A stretch of DNA of 64,000 bases from Oscillospiraceae bacterium (GTDB taxonomy: Bacteria > Bacillota > Clostridia > Oscillospirales > CAG-272), in assembly GCA_015063745.1 (NCBI GenBank), contig SVTO01000004.1:6622-70621 (forward strand), read 5' to 3'. The position numbers and the translations under genes are program-made. Each line of letters begins with the position of its first letter. Position 1 is the first letter of the stretch. Below are positions 34,417 through 41,573 of this stretch, in pieces. A model generated the notes under the pieces. That model ran no database searches. It was not told where the DNA came from and saw only the letters and a program-made list of their open reading frames with translations.

Positions 34417-35328
34417 ATGAATAGAGAATGTGAAATGTACTATATCATTTTTGTCATCACGACTGTACTTAGTCAGCTCAATAGTATATATCTGTATAAA
34501 AAATATCAGCTCACCGCGGGAACATCCTTCAGGGCCAGTGTGCTGTACATGATCATAAACGGTATTCTGTCCGCGCTGATGCCCCTTGGTGTTCTGCTTG
34601 TTACCGGACAGCCTCTGCAGGCAACACCCTATTCTCTGCTGTTTGCGGCGGCTACCGTGATCTGTTCCGCCATGGGACTGATCCTGACTTTCCGTGCCTA
34701 TGCGCTGGGGCAGATCGCCATTGTGAACATCATGACCACCATCGGCGGGATTGTAATTCCCTGCCTGTGGGGCGTATTGTTCCTTGGAGAAGAGTTGTCC
34801 GTACAGAGCCTTGTCGCCATTCTGATCATGCTGGGTGCGGTTGTATTCATTACCCCCGTCCATGAAGAAAAGTTCCGGAAAAATCTGATCCTTCTGTATC
34901 TGGTCATCATTCTGTTCAACTGTTTTGTGACCATGCTGAGCAAACAGCACCAGATCGAAGCCGTACATGCCACCGTAGATACATACAGCTACAGCGTATG
35001 GGTCGGCGTGATCCGTACCGTCCTGTTCGGCATCCTCGGCATCTTCTTCCTCCTGAAAGGGAAGGGAATTCGTGAGGTACCCCAGGTGAAAAAATCCTCC
35101 GTATTCGCCGTTCTCTCCTCCACCGTATCCGGGATCTGCTATATTGTCACCCTCTTCACCGCCGCTGTTCTGCCCGTGGTCATCACATCCCCCCTCGGCA
35201 CCGGCATCGGTATCCTCATGAGCACCACCCTCCCCCATTTTATCTACCGTGAAAACCTTACCAAACGCCAGCTCTTCGGCACAGTCCTGAGCTTTGTGGG
35301 AATCATGCTGTTCCTGCTGGATACGTGA
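34417..35328 (+). CDS. DMT-superfamily (EamA-like) 10-TM transporter
   Basis: Two similar 5-TM halves, each ending in an EamA-like helix (IPCLWGVLFLGEELSVQSLVAILIMLGAVVF; RQLFGTVLSFVGIMLFLL). The start is ambiguous (ATG 34417 or 34435) and no clear RBS is present. Confidence 0.7.
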   Translation: MNRECEMYYIIFVITTVLSQLNSIYLYKKYQLTAGTSFRASVLYMIINGILSALMPLGVLLVTGQPLQATPYSLLFAAATVICSAMGLILTFRAYALGQIAIVNIMTTIGGIVIPCLWGVLFLGEELSVQSLVAILIMLGAVVFITPVHEEKFRKNLILLYLVIILFNCFVTMLSKQHQIEAVHATVDTYSYSVWVGVIRTVLFGILGIFFLLKGKGIREVPQVKKSSVFAVLSSTVSGICYIVTLFTAAVLPVVITSPLGTGIGILMSTTLPHFIYRENLTKRQLFGTVLSFVGIMLFLLDT

Positions 35329-35412
35329 TGCTTGCGATGAAAAAGCTCCCGCCGAAGTTAACTCTGTTTAGCGAGAGCCTGTTTGCCGATTAGTTGCAAC
35401 CGAATATATAAC

Positions 35413-35461
35413 AACAGCCGTATCAAGGATTTGCAGTAATCCCTGACACGGCTGTTTTTTT
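35413..35461. terminator. Bidirectional terminator between the DMT gene and the corrinoid cassette
   Basis: AACAGCCGT...ACGGCTGTT stem with inner AGGATT/AATCCC pairing, followed by TTTTTTT. Confidence 0.8.
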
Positions 35462-36968
35462 AAAACATCATGCCCATCATATATTGTTCCACAAAAACCG
35501 GATCCACGGAAAGCTCCAGCACTTCGGCATTTTCCGCAATTTTTTCGGATTTTTGACGGTAATCCCGGTTCAGTAAGAGCATCGAAGCACCGGATAACGA
35601 CGTGTTTCCCGCCGCACGGAGACGGTCGCTCAGTCCACCCGGAATCAGTCCGATGTATTCCGCGTTGGTCAGATCCAGATATTTGCCGAACCCGCCAGCG
35701 ATCACCGCAGTTCCCACATCGTCCGGTTCCATACCCGCAGAGGCAAACATAGCTGTCATACCCGCGCAGATCGCACTTTTGGCAAGCTGCAGCATCCGGA
35801 TATCCGACTGGTTCAGGGTAACAGCATCCGCCAACGTGACGACCTCGTCTTCCAGATAACCGCTTTCGTCCAGAATTTCCAGACGCAGGAGGGAAGCCGT
35901 CGCATCCACCAGTCCGCTTCCGCAGATACCGATGGCGGTCGTATCCCCAATTACGTGACAGTGCAGTTCTCCGTCGGATACGCATACTTTATCAATTGCC
36001 CCCGGTGCACCGCGCATACCCATGGAAATGCCCACACCTTCGAAGGCCGGGCCGGCGGCGGTGGAGCATACGGTCAGCTTGCCGTTTGCCCGGAGTGCCA
36101 TTTCCCCGTTTGTGCCGATATCCGCAAAAACCGCACTGTCAGCCTTTTCGCACAGACCCGTTGACAGGATCCCGCAGGTGATATCCGCACCGATGAATGC
36201 CGCTATGCAGGCCGGGAGATACACTTCCGTATCCGCTTTCAGACAGCCGATGCCGATTTCCGCCGCAGTCAGTATTTCACCGAAGGGGCGGTGTACCGTA
36301 AAGGGTGCATGGGACAAGGGTTCCGTATCCGTTTCCGTCAGCAGGTACAGCATGACTGTGTTGCCCGTGATGACGATGCTGTCGATCTCTTCCGTTTCTA
36401 TGGATGCCATTCCCGCAAGCCGGATGAGCAGATCCGATACCCCGCCGCGAACGGACAGAGCCAGATTTTCTGCCTTGCCTGCCATAGCCGCTTCGATACG
36501 GGAGATCACATCCGCACCCCAGGCAATCTGTGGGTTCAGAGATGCGGCTTCGCTCAGAAGATGTCCGTCCGCATCGTATAAGGCCGCCGCAATGGTGGTG
36601 GTGCCGATATCCACAGCCGCACCGTATCGGGTGAAGGCGGGACGGAGGGGAAATTCCGGCATTTCACCGTCAGTAACCGCTTTTACATCCCCGCTGTTCT
36701 GAGGGATCACAACGGAACAGTCTCCTTCCGCCCGGGTCAGACAGGCGAAACGGTATCCTTTTTTCTGTTCTTCTTCCGTCAGAATATTCTTTTCACTTTC
36801 GGAAAGCGGAGAAAGTGCACCGGCCGCAATGACCTTGCATTTTCCGCATTTGCCGTGACCGCCGCAGGGCTGTTCGCTGTGGAGATATTCCGATAAGGTT
36901 TTCCCCGAAAGAACGGTTCTGGGACTGCCGTTGACGGTAAGCGTAATGGTTGGGGTTTCAGTATTCAT
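35460..36968 (-). CDS. Corrinoid activation/regeneration protein (RACo-like: 2Fe-2S ferredoxin domain + ASKHA ATPase, DUF4445)
   Basis: ATG 36968. N-terminal plant-type ferredoxin motif CGGHGKCGKCKV...FACLT. The C-terminal ASKHA region starts AAVDIGTTTIAAALYD. Confidence 0.85.
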   Translation of the reverse strand: MNTETPTITLTVNGSPRTVLSGKTLSEYLHSEQPCGGHGKCGKCKVIAAGALSPLSESEKNILTEEEQKKGYRFACLTRAEGDCSVVIPQNSGDVKAVTDGEMPEFPLRPAFTRYGAAVDIGTTTIAAALYDADGHLLSEAASLNPQIAWGADVISRIEAAMAGKAENLALSVRGGVSDLLIRLAGMASIETEEIDSIVITGNTVMLYLLTETDTEPLSHAPFTVHRPFGEILTAAEIGIGCLKADTEVYLPACIAAFIGADITCGILSTGLCEKADSAVFADIGTNGEMALRANGKLTVCSTAAGPAFEGVGISMGMRGAPGAIDKVCVSDGELHCHVIGDTTAIGICGSGLVDATASLLRLEILDESGYLEDEVVTLADAVTLNQSDIRMLQLAKSAICAGMTAMFASAGMEPDDVGTAVIAGGFGKYLDLTNAEYIGLIPGGLSDRLRAAGNTSLSGASMLLLNRDYRQKSEKIAENAEVLELSVDPVFVEQYMMGMMF

Positions 36969-36985
36969 AATCGATCCCCGATTGG

Positions 36986-37537
36986 TTATGCATTGAACAG
37001 AACCGCACCGAAATAGGTAACGGTATTGGCGCCGTTGATGTATTTCATACCGGACACTGCTGCCAGACGGGATACGTTGACGCCGTAGGATTCCAGAGAA
37101 GCCAGCGCCAGATCCGGATGTACGCAGGGCTTGTCTTCCTGTTTGGCGCACACTTCACAGACACCGCACCCGCCCACGCTCAGGTGGAGATAACCCGCAG
37201 GCAGGTTTTCCTTCAGGTATTTGTCCAGCGTCAGGGAAATGCGGGAAAGGGTACGTCTGGCTTCGATCATATTTTCGTAATCATAGCTGTCCTCCAGCTG
37301 ACCGATGTACTGATAGACCAGCGCATGGGTGTACTTTTTCAATTCTGCCATCAGCACGCCGATCTCACCCACATCCGGGGGACACATCCAGCATTTGCCG
37401 TACATTCCGCAGGCATTTGCCGCGCACATATCTCTGAAGGCGGCATCCGTTTCGATGGCAGCCGCGTCGATCACAGCCGCATTGACCGCACCTTTTTCAC
37501 GGGCGGCGGCAATCAGGGAATCAAACAGTTCATTCAT
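36986..37537 (-). CDS. DUF2284 metal-binding protein
   Basis: Cys clusters CAANACGMYGKCWMCPP and GGCGVCEVC. The start is ambiguous (ATG 37537, or GTG/TTG up to 37549) and overlaps the upstream stop. Confidence 0.75.
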   Translation of the reverse strand: MNELFDSLIAAAREKGAVNAAVIDAAAIETDAAFRDMCAANACGMYGKCWMCPPDVGEIGVLMAELKKYTHALVYQYIGQLEDSYDYENMIEARRTLSRISLTLDKYLKENLPAGYLHLSVGGCGVCEVCAKQEDKPCVHPDLALASLESYGVNVSRLAAVSGMKYINGANTVTYFGAVLFNA

Positions 37538-38531
37538 AAAATTCACCAACCGTATCGAAGAATGTATGGATATTTTCCCAGGGAGTCATGGGCGGGATGT
37601 CGCATCCGGAGGAAATAACGAAATTGAGATATTTGTGACAGGCGTTCAGTACGGCCAGCGTGGCTTCTCTGACAGCATCGGCCGTACCCATCCGCAGTAC
37701 CCCGGCGGGATCCACATTGCCCATTACGGGCACATCGGCGGGGAACTTATCGAGCATATCCCGCAGATCAATGGAGTTGCCGAAATGGTAAGCCGCCGCA
37801 CCTGTGGACAGGATGGAGGGCACCATCTCGGGGGTATTGTCACCGCAGTTATGGTATACGACGATGAAATTTTCGTCCTGTACCGCATCCACGATCTTTT
37901 TTACATAGGGAGAGGAAAATTCTTCTTCCAGCATGGGGGAGAGCAGTCCCGCAACGGGTTCCGCCATCATGATCCCGTCGGCACCGGCGTTTTTGTAAGC
38001 CATGGCATAGGCGATCAGGAAATCCGTGACCTTGTTCATAACCGTGTGTACCATATCCGGCTCGTCGTAGCAGTCCATCATGATCTCGGACACATCCAGA
38101 AGCCGTGCCGCCAGAGAATAGGGACCGATCATACCCGCCAGGACGGGACGGTCCGTGATGTATTCAGCGGCATTTTCGATAGCCTTGAGGTAAATGCCGG
38201 TTCTGCCCGCGCCGATTTCGGGAACGGCAAGAGCATCCGCTTCGGCTTCATCGTGGACCAGTCTGCCCACAACGGTAGGAACCTCCGTGTCGGAAAAACG
38301 GACATCGGCACCGAAGCATTCCGCTTCCACGGACAGGTCCATAAAGCTGACAGCCGCGGCGGAATCGGTGCTTTTGGCCACCATGATCATACCGGCGGCC
38401 TGTTTTTCGCTGTCGGCGATCAGTTCCTTTACGGAAATATCCATCAGGCTGACGCAGGGGAAGGACAGAATGGGCAGAGCCTTGCCGGAGGAGGGCAGCT
38501 CCTTCAGCCACTTGTACATATTTTTCTTCAT
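37530..38531 (-). CDS. URO-D/MtaA-family corrinoid methyltransferase
   Basis: 333 aa. Uroporphyrinogen-decarboxylase-like pattern (LPILSFPCVSLMDISVKELI..., FMDLSVEAECFGA, VVYHNCGDNT). Confidence 0.8.
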   Translation of the reverse strand: MKKNMYKWLKELPSSGKALPILSFPCVSLMDISVKELIADSEKQAAGMIMVAKSTDSAAAVSFMDLSVEAECFGADVRFSDTEVPTVVGRLVHDEAEADALAVPEIGAGRTGIYLKAIENAAEYITDRPVLAGMIGPYSLAARLLDVSEIMMDCYDEPDMVHTVMNKVTDFLIAYAMAYKNAGADGIMMAEPVAGLLSPMLEEEFSSPYVKKIVDAVQDENFIVVYHNCGDNTPEMVPSILSTGAAAYHFGNSIDLRDMLDKFPADVPVMGNVDPAGVLRMGTADAVREATLAVLNACHKYLNFVISSGCDIPPMTPWENIHTFFDTVGEFYE

Positions 38532-38572
38532 TTACATAATCCTTAGTTGCAGAAATTAGGTTTATAAGGTCG

Positions 38573-38614
38573 TTTGGCTGAAAAAAACTCCGGATCAAGC
38601 TTTTTTCAGCCAAA
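38573..38614 (-). other. Strong intercistronic hairpin (14-bp stem TTTGGCTGAAAAAA / TTTTTTCAGCCAAA)
   Basis: Read directly. It lies in the 174-nt gap between the corrinoid-protein and methyltransferase genes. Confidence 0.7.
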
Positions 38615-38642
38615 GAAACTGTATTATTATCGGATAAAATTT

Positions 38643-38695
38643 GGTTCTGCTCCCGTCTTGTGTGCAGTGAAAACTACGGAGAAGTCAGCAGAACC
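38643..38695 (-). other. Intercistronic hairpin / possible partial terminator just after the corrinoid-protein stop
   Basis: GGTTCTGCT...AGCAGAACC outer stem plus CTCCGT/ACGGGAG inner stem, followed on the minus strand by AAATTTTATCC. Confidence 0.6.
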
Positions 38696-38705
38696 GTGTG
38701 CCCAC

Positions 38706-39344
38706 TCAGGCGTTCTGACACAGCGCCAGAGCCGCATCGGCAGCACTTGCCGCATCGGAGGTGTAAACGTCAGCACCGATGGACTTGCAGAAATCTTCGT
38801 TTACGGGCGCACCGCCGACCATGATCTTTACCTTGTCGCGGATCCCCTTTTCTTCTGCCAGCTTAACAACTTCTTCCATAACACCCATGGTGGTGGTCAG
38901 CAGAGCGGAGCAGCAGATGATCTGGCAGTTTTCATCGATCGCGGTCTGTACGAAGGCTTCGGGAGAAACGTCGGTGCCCAGGTCGATGACTTCCAGGCCC
39001 TTGCCTTCCATCATCATCTTAACTAAGTTCTTGCCGATGTCGTGGAGGTCGCCCTGTACGGTGCCGATGCATACCTTACCGGTAGCTTCCACACCTGCCT
39101 GTACCAGATAGGGCTTGAGGATCTGTACACCCATGTTCATAGCGCGGGCGGCAACCAGAACTTCGGGAACGTGTACCTTGTTTACCTTGAAGTTTTCGCC
39201 TACAACGGACATACCGTCCAGCAGACCGTCATTCAGAATCTGAGAAATGTCAGCGCCTTCTTCGATCGCGGTCTTTACCAGCTCCTGAACGATCTTGGCC
39301 TTACCCTTCTGAACATTTTCGGAAATAGCAGCAATAGTACTCAT
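38706..39344 (-). CDS. Corrinoid (B12-binding) protein of methyltransferase systems
   Basis: ATG 39344 with AAAGGAG 7 nt upstream. 212 aa. Cap helical bundle plus Rossmann domain with GTVQGDLHDIGKNLV (DxHxxG). Confidence 0.85.
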   Translation of the reverse strand: MSTIAAISENVQKGKAKIVQELVKTAIEEGADISQILNDGLLDGMSVVGENFKVNKVHVPEVLVAARAMNMGVQILKPYLVQAGVEATGKVCIGTVQGDLHDIGKNLVKMMMEGKGLEVIDLGTDVSPEAFVQTAIDENCQIICCSALLTTTMGVMEEVVKLAEEKGIRDKVKIMVGGAPVNEDFCKSIGADVYTSDAASAADAALALCQNA

Positions 39345-40280
39345 AATGGACTCCTTTTGTATATTGGTATTCTTATGATTTTCGGAATGTATCCTTGCTT
39401 TCCGGTAATCGCTGGGGGTCGTACCCTCGGAGGCGGAAAACACGCGGCGGAAGGAGGAAAGATCCCTGAATCCGCAGCTTTGGGAAATTTCGCTGACGGG
39501 CAGTTCGGTTTCCGCCAGCAGCTTGCAGGCATGACTGTAACGCACCTTGCGGAGATAGTCGGAAAACATTTCTCCGGTGAGCCGCTTGAAGAGCCTGCTG
39601 AGATGGGCCTTGCTGACAAAGAGACGCTCGGCAATGCTGCCCAGGGTCAGATCGTTGTCGGCAAAATCCGCTTCGATGATTTCAATGGTGCGGGTGACAA
39701 ACAGCCAGTCCTTTGAACGGACATAGGAGATATTCTTGACGGATTCTCCCACATAACGGCCGAGGAGAATCAGCACCAGGGAAAGATGGGCTTTCACCGC
39801 TTCCCGCCATTCTCTTTTCCGGCTTTCCATTTCTTCCGTGATCTGCCCGCAGAGCTCCAGAAGCTGTTTCACGGTTTTCTTTGTCAGAACCGCACAGCCG
39901 ATGTTCAGCCCGTCCTCGAACACGCCGCCGCAGAACCGGTCGCTTTCCGGATCCGCAAAGGGGCCGTCAAACCAGTGCACGGGATCGAACAGAAGCCTGT
40001 GCACCTCCAGCTTTTCGCCGGTGTTCTGGGCAAAATACCCGTGGGAAACGCCGGGACCTATGATGAACGCATCGCCGGCCGTGCAGGGAATCGCCTGTTC
40101 CAGAATCAGGTGGGTCCCCTCGCCGGAGAGAACAATACCGATCTCCACAGCGGTGTGGGAATACACCCGGTTTTGGGAGCTGCCGGGGCAGTAAATATCC
40201 GAAAATGCGGTGACATTCTGGCGAACGGAAACGTCATCCGATGCACTCTGCGGTACGAATACCTCTTCATCAAATGCCAT
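38706..40280 (-). CDS. AraC-family regulator (cupin + HTH) ORF that lacks a stop codon and continues in frame into the corrinoid protein
   Basis: ATG 40280 with AGGAGG 7 nt upstream. Cupin block GIVLSGEGTHLILEQAIPCTAGDAFIIGPGVSHGY. AraC HTH ends TPSDYRK, then the 17-aa linker ARIHSENHKNTNIQKES runs into MSTIAAISE. No in-frame stop in the given sequence. Confidence 0.6.
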   Translation of the reverse strand: MAFDEEVFVPQSASDDVSVRQNVTAFSDIYCPGSSQNRVYSHTAVEIGIVLSGEGTHLILEQAIPCTAGDAFIIGPGVSHGYFAQNTGEKLEVHRLLFDPVHWFDGPFADPESDRFCGGVFEDGLNIGCAVLTKKTVKQLLELCGQITEEMESRKREWREAVKAHLSLVLILLGRYVGESVKNISYVRSKDWLFVTRTIEIIEADFADNDLTLGSIAERLFVSKAHLSRLFKRLTGEMFSDYLRKVRYSHACKLLAETELPVSEISQSCGFRDLSSFRRVFSASEGTTPSDYRKARIHSENHKNTNIQKESIMSTIAAISENVQKGKAKIVQELVKTAIEEGADISQILNDGLLDGMSVVGENFKVNKVHVPEVLVAARAMNMGVQILKPYLVQAGVEATGKVCIGTVQGDLHDIGKNLVKMMMEGKGLEVIDLGTDVSPEAFVQTAIDENCQIICCSALLTTTMGVMEEVVKLAEEKGIRDKVKIMVGGAPVNEDFCKSIGADVYTSDAASAADAALALCQNA

Positions 40281-40326
40281 TCCATCCCTCCTCTCACCAA
40301 GATCGGACAATACACCCATTGTTTTA

Positions 40327-40355
40327 ATTATATCACAATCTGCCGGAAATTTGAA
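40327..40355 (-). promoter_or_regulatory. Sigma-A-type promoter of the AraC/corrinoid cassette
   Basis: Minus strand TTCAAA (40350-40355) - 17 nt - TGaTATAAT (-10 at 40327-40332), about 45 nt upstream of ATG 40280. Confidence 0.6.
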
Positions 40356-40432
40356 GACGGTTCTGTTGCTTCTTCACCGCACCCGCGGAAACAAAACAAT
40401 GCCTGAGCGCTCATTTCCGGCCAAAAGAGGAA

Positions 40433-41362
40433 TTACAGATACTTCTTGATAAAGGCCATGATGTCCGCACGCATTTCGGCAGATTCTCTGTGGCCGTTGG
40501 GGTAACGCAGGACGGAGAACTTGTCGGCGGCATCGAACTTGCCGTAAACCTCGCCCACTTCCCGTTCGATGCGGTCCACACCTTCCAGAGGCGTCAGACC
40601 GTCGTAGATACCGATGGTAGCCAGATGAGCACGGGGGGCGATCAGGGAATTGATCTGGGAGGAGGAGAAATGGAGCAGCAGATTCGGGATGTAGTAATAA
40701 ATGCTGTGGTAATTCAGGTTGTCTCTCATAATGAGCGCATCAAAATCGGTGAGGCAGCAGATGTCCACGCAGACCTTGATTCTTTCATCCAGAGCTGCCG
40801 TCCACCATGCCATGGTACTGCCCATGGACATACCCAGGGTAGCAATGCGGGATGCATCCACATCGGGACGGCTGCAGAGGTAGTCCAGTCCGCGCAGATT
40901 GTCGTAAACCATGCGGCCCCACATATATTCGCCCTTCCAGAGCATTTCCTTGTAGGTATTTTCTTCCATACGGCCGCCGCGTTCGCCGAAGCACCACTGG
41001 TCGATACAGAGAACGGCATAACCCTGTGCGGTCAGCGCTTCCGCATAACTGGGCTTGTACATATAGGAAGCGGGGGACAGCAGTTCGTCCTTACCCACAT
41101 CGTACATACCGCCGTGAGAATGGTTGAACAGAACGGCGGGGAATACGCCTTCACCGTGGGGACGGGCAAAATAAGCGGGGATGGGTTCAGTATGCGGTTC
41201 ACCTTCTGTGGTTTCGATGGTCAGAACGAGACATTCGAGGATATAACTGCCGCAGTCCTTTTCGGAAACCTTCTTGCAGTGGATGGGATTGTTTCTGCCG
41301 GGCAGACGACCCATCAGTCCGTACAGCTCCTCGCGGCGTGCCTGTAATTCTTTTGACAGCAT
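40433..41362 (-). CDS. Alpha/beta hydrolase (dienelactone hydrolase / acetyl-xylan-esterase-like)
   Basis: ATG 41362 with AGGAG 7 nt upstream (the ORF extends to 41380). Nucleophile elbow LGMSMGS. No signal peptide. Confidence 0.7.
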   Translation of the reverse strand: MLSKELQARREELYGLMGRLPGRNNPIHCKKVSEKDCGSYILECLVLTIETTEGEPHTEPIPAYFARPHGEGVFPAVLFNHSHGGMYDVGKDELLSPASYMYKPSYAEALTAQGYAVLCIDQWCFGERGGRMEENTYKEMLWKGEYMWGRMVYDNLRGLDYLCSRPDVDASRIATLGMSMGSTMAWWTAALDERIKVCVDICCLTDFDALIMRDNLNYHSIYYYIPNLLLHFSSSQINSLIAPRAHLATIGIYDGLTPLEGVDRIEREVGEVYGKFDAADKFSVLRYPNGHRESAEMRADIMAFIKKYL

Positions 41363-41392
41363 AATTTTTCTCCTGTTCATATATAGTTTGAC

Positions 41393-41407
41393 GGAATTTG
41401 AAATTCC
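41393..41407. repeat. Perfect 15-bp palindrome GGAATTTGAAATTCC in the divergent intergenic region
   Basis: Read directly. It lies in the esterase 5' leader, about 30 bp downstream of its -10 (41437-41442) and about 165 nt upstream of glmS. Confidence 0.6.
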
Positions 41408-41436
41408 ATATCGGTTCAGACAAATCCATACAATTT

Positions 41437-41465
41437 ATGATAACATACCTGATGCGAAATTGCAA
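41437..41465 (-). promoter_or_regulatory. Sigma-A-type promoter of the esterase gene
   Basis: Minus strand TTGCAA (41460-41465) - 17 nt - TGtTATCAT (-10 at 41437-41442). Confidence 0.6.
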
Positions 41466-41573
41466 GGGATTTGACAAGGTTTTCTCCCACAAACGGCATT
41501 TCTCACACCCATCGGCATAAAAATCCCCGTTGGCGGAATAGTATATACAGGAATACGGATTACGGAGGAAATT

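Noticed and set aside
38532-38705. Possible cobalamin riboswitch between the corrinoid-protein and methyltransferase genes
   Set aside because: The region is too short, and I see no B12-box-like sequence or the expected multi-stem junction. There are only two simple hairpins. A scan with RF00174 would confirm this.
40404-40413. 10-bp perfect palindrome TGAGCGCTCA upstream of the AraC promoter
   Set aside because: It is too short to distinguish from chance and cannot form a hairpin because it has no loop. It is kept only as a possible half-operator to check if a regulator motif search is run.
41381-41573. Possible glmS ribozyme in the glmS leader
   Set aside because: The leader lacks the conserved core elements I would expect (an AGCGCC-type cleavage-site region, GACGAGG, UUCGGCGGAUGCC). 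It is short and AT-rich, and only a loose GUUGGCGGAAU is present. A covariance-model scan (Rfam RF00234) would settle it.
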